A stretch of 34,794 bases of DNA. Origin: a virus. Its lineage: Duplodnaviria > Caudoviricetes. Both the position numbers and the translations under genes were made by a program. Location: positions 1 through 34,794 of the IMG/VR virus record IMGVR_UViG_3300031227_000208. One strand, written 5' to 3'. Positions 15,521-26,200 of the stretch are shown here, piece by piece (the first letter of the stretch is position 1; each line of letters begins with the position of its first letter). The notes under the pieces were generated by a model, which saw only the letters and a list, made by a program, of their open reading frames with translations, made no database searches and was not told the origin of the DNA.

Positions 15521-17381
15521 AGCTTACGAGCTTATTCCGAGGAATGGTCTCCTCACGGCTGAAAACTGCTATTGGCGAGATGGCCTACAGCAAAGAGGTG
15601 GACATAAGCCCTATGGCACCGCAACATACGCAGTCAATGATGTGGTCCGTGGTGTATCACAAAGATACTATATTAATGATGCTTGGGTAAGCTTCGAGGC
15701 TGTAGATGTTGCCCTTGCGGGCAAGGTTAGATTCTTTTGGCGGGCAACTACCGGGCTGACTGCTGTAGACAATACTTTTGAATGGACAACCGGCTTAGAG
15801 GTGCACTTCGCAGAAATTGATGGCCATATTGTAGCGGTGAACGGAGAGGACAAACCTGCTGTGATCTACTATGATGGTGCGTATAAAATACAGAATCTTG
15901 AAGCCCATGATGTTCGGACAAGAAGCACTACCACCTGGAATGCTGGACAGTATACGGAGGTCGGTCCGGTATGGAGAGACGACACTACTGACGCTCAGGA
16001 TGTGGGTGTGAATGACTTCCAGATAACAACCGCAACCGATGATGATGGGTTCTTTGTAGCCTGTACGCATACCTTCAACAAAGTGATCGTGGTAGACGCT
16101 ACGGCTGCCGCCGGTGCGCCAGCAATAGAGTATAGATATTATACAGATGCTGGGGCATGGGGTACTCCCGTGATGGTAACTACACCAGACTGGACCGCTG
16201 CTGAAGCAAATAGAACTATTGAGTTTAACTATCCTAGTGATATGGGTAGATATGATGGTGCAGAGAGCGTATTGGCTAACAGGTTCTTGCTAAGGGTGCG
16301 CTTCACGACTGCTCCCACCGGAGCGGTAACGGCTGACTCTATGACTGTTTACCACACACAATATATTACTCAGATAACCGGAACCGATCAGCCACACTTT
16401 GTTTTGGCACATAATAGCAGGATATGGTTGGCAACAGGATATATTGTGTTCTATTCGCCACCCAACACGGTGACTGGTTGGCGAGGTTTGAGTGAATCCG
16501 AATACTTTCTTGAGGGTGGGCCAGAAGTTAGGTCTATGGTATCTCACAAAGGCTATCTTGTGGTGTACAAGGATGCAGCCACCTATGTATTTTATGGCAA
16601 TTCGCTTGAGTCATTCTTGCGTAAAAAGGTATCTGATGTAGGTATCGGTACGGGTATACGTTCTCCGGTATCTGCTGAACAAGCTTATTATTTAAATCAG
16701 AACGGTTTGAGGATGTTTGATGGGGCAAAAGATATAGTTGTGAGCAAGCATATTCAAACTGATATTGACGGATACACCAATTCGAGTGCTGTTGCAACAT
16801 ATTACAACGGAGAGGTATGGTTATCTTTCCCGGATGATAAGATTGTGCTTGTCTTTGACCCTGCCACGATGAAAGTAGACGAACAGACAGGGGATGGGTC
16901 GGTCGCTTTCTTTAAGTTCACCGGCTTCCAGGCTGATTATTTTATCAACTGTAACGGCAGCGGTGACACTGGATACTTTCTAGCTGTTGTTAATGATACG
17001 ACCCCCTATGTGGCAAGGCTTGAAAATGGTACGAATGATGAAATAAGAGATACTACTGTAGTGAATACCGACTATAATATAATGACTAATTACTTGGCCT
17101 TTGTAGATTTCCAGACCGAAAAACGCTATGGAATATTGAAGCTGAAACTTAAAGAGGCCACAGCAGAAACCATCTATGCTATTACCCTCAGTGCTGACGG
17201 TGGTGAACGTACTGCCTCTGCAAACGTAACTGTTGCCCTTGGCACACGCTACTACAATAGTATCAGCAGAATACCATATACCATAGATGGATATAACATA
17301 GCAATACAAATCCGCAATAACCAATTACAGGATGCTGGAATGAGGGGTATTTCTCTGCAATACGAGAAGAAGGAGTTTTAA
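15471..17381 (+). CDS. tail nozzle / tail tubular B-like protein
   Basis: Start re-called to ATG 15471 (GGAGG 15459-15463); beta-propeller-like strands (AENCYW, VAVNGEDKP, HNSRIW, SDVGIG); follows adaptor, precedes ejection-type genes. Confidence 0.75.
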   Translation: MKTTSLIDGRSGYYTDEAYELIPRNGLLTAENCYWRDGLQQRGGHKPYGTATYAVNDVVRGVSQRYYINDAWVSFEAVDVALAGKVRFFWRATTGLTAVDNTFEWTTGLEVHFAEIDGHIVAVNGEDKPAVIYYDGAYKIQNLEAHDVRTRSTTTWNAGQYTEVGPVWRDDTTDAQDVGVNDFQITTATDDDGFFVACTHTFNKVIVVDATAAAGAPAIEYRYYTDAGAWGTPVMVTTPDWTAAEANRTIEFNYPSDMGRYDGAESVLANRFLLRVRFTTAPTGAVTADSMTVYHTQYITQITGTDQPHFVLAHNSRIWLATGYIVFYSPPNTVTGWRGLSESEYFLEGGPEVRSMVSHKGYLVVYKDAATYVFYGNSLESFLRKKVSDVGIGTGIRSPVSAEQAYYLNQNGLRMFDGAKDIVVSKHIQTDIDGYTNSSAVATYYNGEVWLSFPDDKIVLVFDPATMKVDEQTGDGSVAFFKFTGFQADYFINCNGSGDTGYFLAVVNDTTPYVARLENGTNDEIRDTTVVNTDYNIMTNYLAFVDFQTEKRYGILKLKLKEATAETIYAITLSADGGERTASANVTVALGTRYYNSISRIPYTIDGYNIAIQIRNNQLQDAGMRGISLQYEKKEF

Positions 17382-17382
17382 T

Positions 17383-18684
17383 ATGTCAGATATTTATGAT
17401 AGAGATAGAGATGAGCCATACGGTTCGCCCGATCCTGACCGAGAATATGTAGATCCAAATCCACAACCAGTAATACCAGACGAACGAACTTATGGAAGTT
17501 TAACCGCTGAACAATGGTTCACACCACAGTATCACACCGATGAATACTCACAATATTGGGACCCCTTTCTTCAGGAAGGAGAAAACTGGGAGGAGTTAGC
17601 TACTACATACGCTGGTATGCCGGTTGTGTCTGGTTATTGGACTGGTGAGGGCGAGAATAGGGTTTTTACACCAGAAAAAAGTCTGTACAGCACAACTTCT
17701 CAGCTAGCTGAGTTGCAGGATACTGAATTCCCCACCTTTGATGAATGGATGGGCGGGTCCGGGGCCACTTACGAATCAGACCTTACGCAAACAGATCCCT
17801 ATGCAGGTATTACAGCTATAGCAGAAGATTTTAATGATTTAAGCGATGAGCAACAGGGGGCCCTAGATGCCGCAGCTATGGCAAATGGTTTTGTAACCCC
17901 AGAGGGTACGGGAGATGGGGCGGCATATCTTGATTATATTCAGAGTCAACGAGAGCAAAAAGACCTTGGTGTAATGGGTCAAACCGGAGTAATGGGTACT
18001 GAATATGAGACTGCTGCCCGAAAAGCGACACAGTCCAGTATCGAGCAGACAGTGGAAGCTAATATGCAGATGATAGAATCTCTGGGTATGGGTTCTTCGG
18101 CTGCTGCTTATGCAAAAATGAATGAGGTCAGTAACACCATTCAAAACATGACCCTGCAAGCAGATGTGAAATTGCTTGAACAAGACATGCTAATGAGACA
18201 GATGGAATATGAGGGTTTGCTTGCTAGAAGCGAACAGGCCGCTCAGGCTGGACGGGCCGCAGCCGCACAATATGCTGAAATGATTGTGAATAAGAGAATG
18301 GCAGCACTAGAGGGTTATGCTATTCAAATGAATACAATAGTACAAAACAATGCACAGACTCTACAGCAGTACGGTATGGAGCTTGAACGGATTACTTCTC
18401 ATGCTGAAATAACCTATAAGAGCATCATGGCAGAGATAGGATACGATGAGCACTTAATGCAGCAGAGCGAAGATTACTACAACCAATACATGCAACCCTA
18501 TTACGATAAGATGGAGGCTTGGTATCAGGCGGAAGAATTGCGGATTGCGGAAAAGGCGGCTGAGGGTGACGGTCTGTGGGGATTTGTTTCTGATATTGTA
18601 GGATGGGGTATAGCTATTCTTGGTATCGTAGTGGGAAATCCCGCAGTAGTAGCAGCAGGAGCAGGAGTAGCAGCAGCGGAATAA
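17383..18684 (+). CDS. putative internal virion / DNA ejection protein
   Basis: Acidic, Gln/Ala-rich helical; C-terminal Gly-rich hydrophobic segment GLWGFVSDIVGWGIAILGIVVGNPAVVAAGAG. Confidence 0.65.
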   Translation: MSDIYDRDRDEPYGSPDPDREYVDPNPQPVIPDERTYGSLTAEQWFTPQYHTDEYSQYWDPFLQEGENWEELATTYAGMPVVSGYWTGEGENRVFTPEKSLYSTTSQLAELQDTEFPTFDEWMGGSGATYESDLTQTDPYAGITAIAEDFNDLSDEQQGALDAAAMANGFVTPEGTGDGAAYLDYIQSQREQKDLGVMGQTGVMGTEYETAARKATQSSIEQTVEANMQMIESLGMGSSAAAYAKMNEVSNTIQNMTLQADVKLLEQDMLMRQMEYEGLLARSEQAAQAGRAAAAQYAEMIVNKRMAALEGYAIQMNTIVQNNAQTLQQYGMELERITSHAEITYKSIMAEIGYDEHLMQQSEDYYNQYMQPYYDKMEAWYQAEELRIAEKAAEGDGLWGFVSDIVGWGIAILGIVVGNPAVVAAGAGVAAAE

Positions 18685-18695
18685 AGGAGAACAAT

Positions 18696-19709
18696 ATGCC
18701 TTACACTGAAAGTGTAAATTTACAACGCCAAAGAATAGCAGATATGGCTCGTTCATTATCTGGTTCTAAACAACGGCTTGGCGAAAGAAAGGCCGCAGAA
18801 AGAGAGGCCGGTAAACAAAGAATATCAAGCGCACTTGGTAAATTCGGAGAACAGGTACAAGAGCGTAGGCTAGTTAAAGCCCATGGTGAGCAGCAACGAT
18901 TAACACAAGAAGCTCAGTATGCTCCTGGTTCTGGTTATACTGAATGGGAAAATATACGTGAAGAAACAAGAGCCAGACTAAAGGCAGAATATGGTGCCGC
19001 TGCCACTGATCCAGACAGCCCCTATTACCAGCAAAGCGGTGATGTGGGGGCTACTATTGCTCTTTTTGAATGGTTTGATAAGTTGCCTGAATCGCAAAAA
19101 CAAAATTATCTTAGGATGATAAGAACTGGTACTGTCACCACACCAACGGATGATCCCAATGGGCTAGATGGGCAATCTATGATTAAGGCTATGTTTATGG
19201 ATTATAGTGCCGGTCTCAAAATAAAAGGTGTAGAAGGTGATGCAGGGGATTTTAGAGCTTGGGTAATGGCAGAAATACAACCCATGCCTGGTTTTAATAA
19301 TGTAACCGATGAACAAAGGAAATCAATTACAGATGCTCTTGATCTTTGGATACCCAGACTTTTCGAGACAGGTGCGGTAGACGAAGCTCCTGTTGCTGTG
19401 AGAGGTGCACCCAGAGGTCAGTCTGAAAGAGAAACCGGACTTGAACAAGAATTGTTACAAAAGATTATGGCAGCTCAGCAAAAACAAATATCAGAAACAG
19501 GAATGGGTGAAGAAATGTCAAGAGCGGGGATGGCTAAAACAGCAGCTATTGAGAAACAATGGCAACCCATAATTGATGAGATAAACGAGCCTAAATATAT
19601 AGGACTTGTGCGGTATAATGAGATAATGCAAATGATACATAATTTAAAGCCAAAACCCTTAGAGGATAAGGCTGAAGAAGAAAAATTAAAAAGAGCACTG
19701 TGGTATTAA
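18696..19709 (+). CDS. putative internal virion / ejection protein
   Basis: Start re-called to ATG 18696 (AAGGAG); helical; lies between ejection-type genes. Confidence 0.6.
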   Translation: MPYTESVNLQRQRIADMARSLSGSKQRLGERKAAEREAGKQRISSALGKFGEQVQERRLVKAHGEQQRLTQEAQYAPGSGYTEWENIREETRARLKAEYGAAATDPDSPYYQQSGDVGATIALFEWFDKLPESQKQNYLRMIRTGTVTTPTDDPNGLDGQSMIKAMFMDYSAGLKIKGVEGDAGDFRAWVMAEIQPMPGFNNVTDEQRKSITDALDLWIPRLFETGAVDEAPVAVRGAPRGQSERETGLEQELLQKIMAAQQKQISETGMGEEMSRAGMAKTAAIEKQWQPIIDEINEPKYIGLVRYNEIMQMIHNLKPKPLEDKAEEEKLKRALWY

Positions 19710-19715
19710 TAGAAT

Positions 19716-22700
19716 ATGCCCTTCTTCCCTTCGCAAACAATACAAGGACTCGATGTTGGTTCGTTTGCAGATAAGTATGCTCAAAAACTATACCCTGCCC
19801 GCAAGAAACAGACAAGCTTTTTCCCACAACCCAAGCAATTAACACCATCTCAGCAAGAACTACTTCCATATTTACAGATTGAGGCGGAGAAAAAGGCCAA
19901 AAAGAAAGGGCTATTGCAGCCAGTTGAGGCGTTATTCAACCTTCTCAACCGTGGTCAATTTTTAACCGCCGGTATCGCACAGCAAGTAATCAACAACATA
20001 GAAGATAACCGACCAGTCATGGAAGATATGCCCGAAACTATTAAGCAAGCGGTAACCGGCAAGGTACAATATGATTGGGAAGTAGTGTTATTCGGTGGCA
20101 AACACAGGGGAGGCGAAGAATATGAAGGGCTTATGCCTTGGGACCCTACCACCGGAGCCGGAAAGTTCGGCAAAGGAGCGGCAGGATTTATTGCTAACGT
20201 TGCTTTGGATCCGCTTACCTATGTTGGGTTCGGTCCTTCTACTGCTGCTAAGGGTGCCGCAACCAGGTATGCTGACGATGTTGTTAAGTTCGCCATTAGG
20301 GGAATTGGCAAGGATGCTAAGAAGGCCATTCCTGAAATGGTACAGAAAGGGTTTAGCAAGAAACTTTTTGCTGAGAAATTAGGTAAAAGCGTACCAAAAG
20401 CCCTTCAGTACATGCAGAAATATTCCGGTGGTGATGTAACCAAATTCTATTCCAAGCTATCGAAACAAGCCTACAAGAAAGCCCTTAGAACTCCGGGGAA
20501 AGAACTCACAGATCCATTATTGAAAGAGTTCGGGGAAGAGTTGGGCGAGAAGGGTGTAAGCAAAGGTGCAAAGAGCTATCTTGAAAAGACCATCGCAGAA
20601 TTGAAGGCTAGTCCATACGCAGGAGCCGGGCAGAGAGCCGGCAGGTTTATGCGGGCAGAGTTTGGTGTTGGTGAACGGTATCCCAACTGGCTCAAAACAA
20701 TGGATAAGCTCAAGAGTAGGATGGCTAAGAGCAAAATAGGTGGTAAGTTTTCTGATGCCTGGTGGGGATTAATGAATAATCCCAAATCTCCAGTGGCGAA
20801 TATCCGCAAAATGTTCCATGTAAGGAACCCCTACCAGAAACTTCTTTCAGTGATGGAAAGAGATATTATTTCTGAGTCTTCTCATTCTATGGTGATTAAG
20901 GGTGAGCGCATAATGCGGTCACTTGACGATTTAACCGATGTTGAAAACAAAGCAGTAAGAGACTTTATGATCCAGTCTCAGATCATGCAGGAGGCAGCGA
21001 AAAAGACTGGAGAAGTACCATTAAGGGCTTCCGAATTGGTGCAGAAATACGGGGATAAGATAGATGTTGACAAGGTTATCAAGAAGATAACTGAGATCAA
21101 TACCATGACAAAAGAATGGCGGCAGTTCAACGTGGAAGCCTATGAGAAGGGACTTGCTAGTAAGGTGGGGGAATGGCAGGACTATCTCCCCGAACAGCGG
21201 GTCGGTAGCATGGGAGCGAAAAGAGCTGGTACTCAGATGGGGGCTGCCAAGCAAGCGTACACCAGACCCAGGAAAGCGGGATGGTCTGGAAATATAAAGG
21301 CCCAAGTAGAGAAAATCAAATGGATGTACGGGGTTGACGATGCAACCGCCAAGAAAGTATTAATGGGTGGCGGTGGAGATCTTAACGTAGACCTACAGGA
21401 TATGTTGATGCGACGTGCGTTCGCACAAACTAGGTTTGAGCAACGTATCAATATGATAGAAAGTTTTCGAGAATTTGGGGTAAATCTTAACGAGGTAAAG
21501 AAGCTTCCCGGTGGTAAGAATATATACCGTGAGTTGACCGGACAGTGGGGACAGCTTGAGCAATTAGGGCTAAAGCCGATCCAGGGCAAGGGACTTAAGG
21601 GATATGTGTTTGACCGTGAAATAGCCGATGTATTGCAAAGAGTAGTTGATTTGGGTTCTAACGACCAATCCATGAAGGCAGCGGCAAAGGCATTGAGTAG
21701 CTTCACCTCATGGTGGAGGGGATGGGCTACCCTATCTCCGGGGTTCCACGCTCGTAATTTCTATTCCAATAATATGACCGGATTTCTCAAGCACGGTATG
21801 GAATGGTTTAATCCTAACGTACATCTTGAATCTATGGTGGGAACTGCAATCGGACTACATGGTAAAGAGGCTGGTATAAGACAGCTATCCAAGATAATGC
21901 CGGACAGTCTTATAAAAGAAGTCATGGGGCGGCAGATTGGCAATCAAAGAATTGTCGATTTGGCTGATTGGGCCGGTTCAAAAGGTATTATCACTCGTAT
22001 GTCAAAGGGATACGGCCAGCCAGAGTCTTTCAAAGAGCTGGTTAAAATGGAAGGCAAACTGTTCGAGAGTATAAACCTTAACCCCATGTCTACTCAAAAT
22101 GTAGCCATGAAGGGCAGCAGACAGTTGGGTAGCTTTATCGAGTCAAGCGCAAAGTTCCAATCCTTTCTATTGGATCTCCGCCGAAGCGTAAAGCAGGGCG
22201 GCAGCATGCAGGCTGGAATGGATTACGCCAAGAGAGAGGCAAGGAAATGGTGGATAGATTATGGTGATCTAACTGACTTTGAGAAGAAAACCATGAAGAA
22301 CATCATACCATTTTACACCTGGATCAGAGGAAATATAGCCAATCAATTAACAGGGTTGTTGCAGTTTACAGAGATGTATGCCATGATTCCGAAGGCCACA
22401 CAAGCCTTTACCGCAGAAGGTGGACCAAGCAGAGAAGAAACGCCCGATTGGATGAGAGAGTTAGGTATGTTCCCGATTGATGAAACCGATGGAAAGCCCC
22501 GGATGTTTTGGCCGAACTTTCCCTACCAGGATTTAAATAAGATCCCCATTAAGTTCCAGATGGACGAGGAAACCGGATTCCCCGTGCCTATGGCTGGAAG
22601 CCCGTGGGATTTGGTGTCTGATATTGCTGCCGATGCTCACCCACTAATTAAGTCGGTTATACAGGTTATTCCAAAAGAAGGGGTTGACATATTCTACCAG

Positions 22701-23210
22701 GAACCGTTGGGCGAAACCAGAAAAGCACCAAGAGCTTTAAGACTATTAACTAAATCGAAAGGATTGTTGGGGTTTTTGGATGGTATGATGCGTAGAGCTG
22801 GCTTCGAAGAGGGCATGAGAGTTGACGTTAATAAGAAAGGCCAGTTGATAATGGACGCTAAAATGGCAAAGGTATTGGAAGATAATATCCTACCTTTACG
22901 AATGATACCGCAGTACCTTGACCTCCCGGAGTTGATGTTCCCCGTGCTGGAAGATTGGAAACGAAAGATCACTGGTGCAGTAGACGACTATGATGCTGTA
23001 GAGCAGTTCATGCAGACGCTTTCCTTCTATGCTGGTGTCAAGATGAAAGACCTTGAGTTGGAAGATTACGAGTTCAGGGAGAAGGAAGAGCTGTTGGAGA
23101 AAGCGCAGGCAGCCAAAAGGAAGATGACTAAGAAACTTCCCGGTGCTGAGACTCGCAGTCAAACATGGAAACAAAAACGTAAAGAATACCAGAAGAGGTT
23201 AGGGTTATGA
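19716..23210 (+). CDS. large internal virion / ejection protein
   Basis: 1164 aa; DPLTYVG, SPGFHARN, DYGDLTDFEK..MKNIIPFYTW motifs typical of large podoviral ejection proteins. Confidence 0.75.
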   Translation: MPFFPSQTIQGLDVGSFADKYAQKLYPARKKQTSFFPQPKQLTPSQQELLPYLQIEAEKKAKKKGLLQPVEALFNLLNRGQFLTAGIAQQVINNIEDNRPVMEDMPETIKQAVTGKVQYDWEVVLFGGKHRGGEEYEGLMPWDPTTGAGKFGKGAAGFIANVALDPLTYVGFGPSTAAKGAATRYADDVVKFAIRGIGKDAKKAIPEMVQKGFSKKLFAEKLGKSVPKALQYMQKYSGGDVTKFYSKLSKQAYKKALRTPGKELTDPLLKEFGEELGEKGVSKGAKSYLEKTIAELKASPYAGAGQRAGRFMRAEFGVGERYPNWLKTMDKLKSRMAKSKIGGKFSDAWWGLMNNPKSPVANIRKMFHVRNPYQKLLSVMERDIISESSHSMVIKGERIMRSLDDLTDVENKAVRDFMIQSQIMQEAAKKTGEVPLRASELVQKYGDKIDVDKVIKKITEINTMTKEWRQFNVEAYEKGLASKVGEWQDYLPEQRVGSMGAKRAGTQMGAAKQAYTRPRKAGWSGNIKAQVEKIKWMYGVDDATAKKVLMGGGGDLNVDLQDMLMRRAFAQTRFEQRINMIESFREFGVNLNEVKKLPGGKNIYRELTGQWGQLEQLGLKPIQGKGLKGYVFDREIADVLQRVVDLGSNDQSMKAAAKALSSFTSWWRGWATLSPGFHARNFYSNNMTGFLKHGMEWFNPNVHLESMVGTAIGLHGKEAGIRQLSKIMPDSLIKEVMGRQIGNQRIVDLADWAGSKGIITRMSKGYGQPESFKELVKMEGKLFESINLNPMSTQNVAMKGSRQLGSFIESSAKFQSFLLDLRRSVKQGGSMQAGMDYAKREARKWWIDYGDLTDFEKKTMKNIIPFYTWIRGNIANQLTGLLQFTEMYAMIPKATQAFTAEGGPSREETPDWMRELGMFPIDETDGKPRMFWPNFPYQDLNKIPIKFQMDEETGFPVPMAGSPWDLVSDIAADAHPLIKSVIQVIPKEGVDIFYQEPLGETRKAPRALRLLTKSKGLLGFLDGMMRRAGFEEGMRVDVNKKGQLIMDAKMAKVLEDNILPLRMIPQYLDLPELMFPVLEDWKRKITGAVDDYDAVEQFMQTLSFYAGVKMKDLELEDYEFREKEELLEKAQAAKRKMTKKLPGAETRSQTWKQKRKEYQKRLGL

Positions 23211-23241
23211 GATGTGTATTAAATGGATTAAGAGGTTATTT

Positions 23242-26200
23242 ATGCTTTCATGGCAAGAAATAGAAGCAGCCAAAGCAGCAGAAGCAGCCGGTACTCTTGA
23301 GAACGAAGCCCGGATACAGACCTTACCCCCCGGATATATCAAGGGGTTTGATCTTACCATAGACGGCGACACTGGTGCGCTCACAATAGGTGCTGGATTT
23401 GCTGATGTTAATGGTGTATTTGTAAGGCGTAACGATATCCATATAATGACCGATGAAGACTACGGTACTGGTGTACTGGAACTACCTTCCTTACGGTACT
23501 ATATTTATATCTCAAAAGAATCGGCCTTTTGGGTAGACGTTACCGCTCCCGAATATCAAGCTCTGCTATATGGAAACTACCATCCCGATCTAACATATAG
23601 ATATATAGGTGAGTTCTATGTCGGTGCTGACGGCAAGATAGCAATAGCAACTTCTTTAGAACAGAACACCGGACAGATTATTGTGGTTGCCTCTTCTACT
23701 TATAAAGGATTGAAATACGATAGACTATGTGATGGCACACGAGATGAAGTGGAGATTAATGCTGCCATAACCTATTTGAGCGAAACCTATGGTGGTGGTG
23801 TTGTTGAATTGACAGAGGGTACTTTTTATACTGGTGCATCGGTAGTACCAAAAGTCAATGTTGCTTTACAGGGCAGGGGATGGGGTACAATCATAGAGAA
23901 GAATGGTGATTTTGTTGGGATTAATGCGATAGGTACTGTCTGCAATAAAATCACTGGTATAATCTTAAAGAATTTTAAAATCACACGGAATAGTGCTGAC
24001 ACAAATGATAAAGAATTAATGAAATTTGAATATACTGATGATCTTTTAATTGATAATATTCTTTTTTATGTTGCTTATACCCGTGGGTTATTTATACTAT
24101 ATTCTGATGGTTTTTTGATAACAGATTGTTTGTTTAATAGGTTCAAAACAGGGGGATTATATTGTTATTTGTCAAGTGGTATTATTAGCAGTTGCGTTGT
24201 AAATGGATCAAGCATATCAACTGATCAGATTTGTATGGGTATAAGAGTAACAAGTTGTTCTGATACGATTGTTTCTGCTTGTAAAGTAATAAATATGGAA
24301 AGTTCGGTGGGTGCTGTACGTCTACTTGGACTATTTGTTACTGGTACCAATAACAAGGTTGACGGATGTTTTATAGAGAATCTAAAAAGTACAACTGCGG
24401 CTGCTGTTTGTGGTATATGGGTAAGATCCGATAAGCAACAAATAACTAATAATTATGTGGAGATTATAACAAATACAGATACGACGAGTGAGGCTTTCGG
24501 AATTTTAACCGATGGTGATGATGGTCTAATATCTAATAATTATATTGTAGATAGTTCGGGAACAGGAATAGCGGTTGGTGCTGCCGCTAACCGAAACCTT
24601 ATTAATTCCAATTTCTGCCGTGCGAACGGTGCTGATGCTGACATAGCGAATGTAAACGAAGATAACTTCTCTAACCGTGGCACTGATACTATGGCTACCG
24701 CTAACAGTTGGCAAGAACAAACTGGTAACGCTGACACCACCGGCCAACGAGTATTAAGCGGTAAAGTAGATGTTCATGGAGATCCAGAGTTCTTGTCTGA
24801 AGAGAACATAGGTAACGCCACACTGCTAGCCACTACTACACCGGCATTATTGGCCTTTTCTAACGGATATGACGGCGATAGTGCTGTTAATTTTATGAAG
24901 CAGGTGGCTGCTGATGTTGAGCCTGCCGCATGGAAGAACCTCACCGGCCTGAAGAAACACTTCCTCTACGCACAGCTTGACGCTGGTGTGATAACCTACG
25001 GCAAAACCCCCTGCGATCCTGAATACGCAAGACACTTTCATTCTACTCATAGATTCTCTCAGCACTCACTTCTACACTTTGAAGAACTAACCAATCCAAT
25101 AGACGAGTTTGCCGATAATGACGCTTGTGGTGGTGGGGTTGTGTGGACTGCTTCGGGAGCGGCGAGAAGTGCTGTCCAGAAGAAGTTTGGTAGTTATTCC
25201 TACCTATTCGATGGAGCTAATGACTACATTGAAACCACCGATATAACAGATTTACAGAGACCTTTTACTTTGGAGTTGTGGTTTTATACAACAAATAATG
25301 CTGACACGCAATATTTTGTCGGTTCAAAAAATGCTTACTCTTTTGCTATTGATTTTAGTGGAGCTTCAGGTGATCGGGTACGATTGCAAGCTTCATCCGA
25401 TTTAGCCAGTTGGGACATAGCTAATAGTGTCTATGGAGTAAATGCCATATCAATAAATGAGTTCCACAAAACGACCTTTGAATGGGATGGTTCTTTTTAT
25501 CGGGTATATATAGATGGGGTATTAGAAATTGAAGTAGCCAATACTACTCCGTTATCTATAATGACAGGACTACAAATTGGAAATGCTGTAACGCACGCTA
25601 CCGCTGCCTTGGATGGCTACATAGACGAGTTCCGCCTAACAGTCGGTAACTGCCGTTATGGTACTGCTCACGCTGTTGAAACAGAAGCCCTCACTCCCGA
25701 TGCTCAGTGGTTCGATACTCAGGCTATGAAATATTTTGAAGGGCATCCTGGTGATTGGACAGAAAAGAAACGATTAATGCTTGGTGAAGCCAACGCAGAT
25801 AGAAGAGTTGGGGCTTTGCTACATTTTAACGCTGCTGCTGATACTACCGATTGGACGAAGCTAATAGATGAATATGGGAATAAGTGGATTTTTGGGGGGA
25901 CTGCAAGGTTAGATACTGATGATAATGGTGGTGGAAATATCGCTCCGAAGTTTGGGAATAGGTTCCTCTGGATGGATGGTAATAGTGATTATGGTAGTTT
26001 AGACCTTGGTTCTGACACTATAGGAAAACTTGACTTGGGCAAACCCTTTACTTACGAAGTTTGGTGGTATACGGCGGACAATACGCAAGATTCACAAACA
26101 GCTATTAATCTTGATTATAGTAGTGCTTCTAACTTTGGTTTAATAGTTCGTTATAGTGCTACAAACAAGTTTGATGTCTATATATCTTCTGACGGGGCAA

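Noticed and set aside
18603-18695. Ser/Arg-rich N-terminal extension in the ORF-track call
   Set aside because: Off-frame reading of the upstream GCAGCAGGA codons; the SD-led start is at 18696.
19716-23210. Tape measure protein or virion RNA polymerase
   Set aside because: No tail tube or chaperone genes, no tape-measure periodicity and no polymerase catalytic motifs; context fits an ejection protein.
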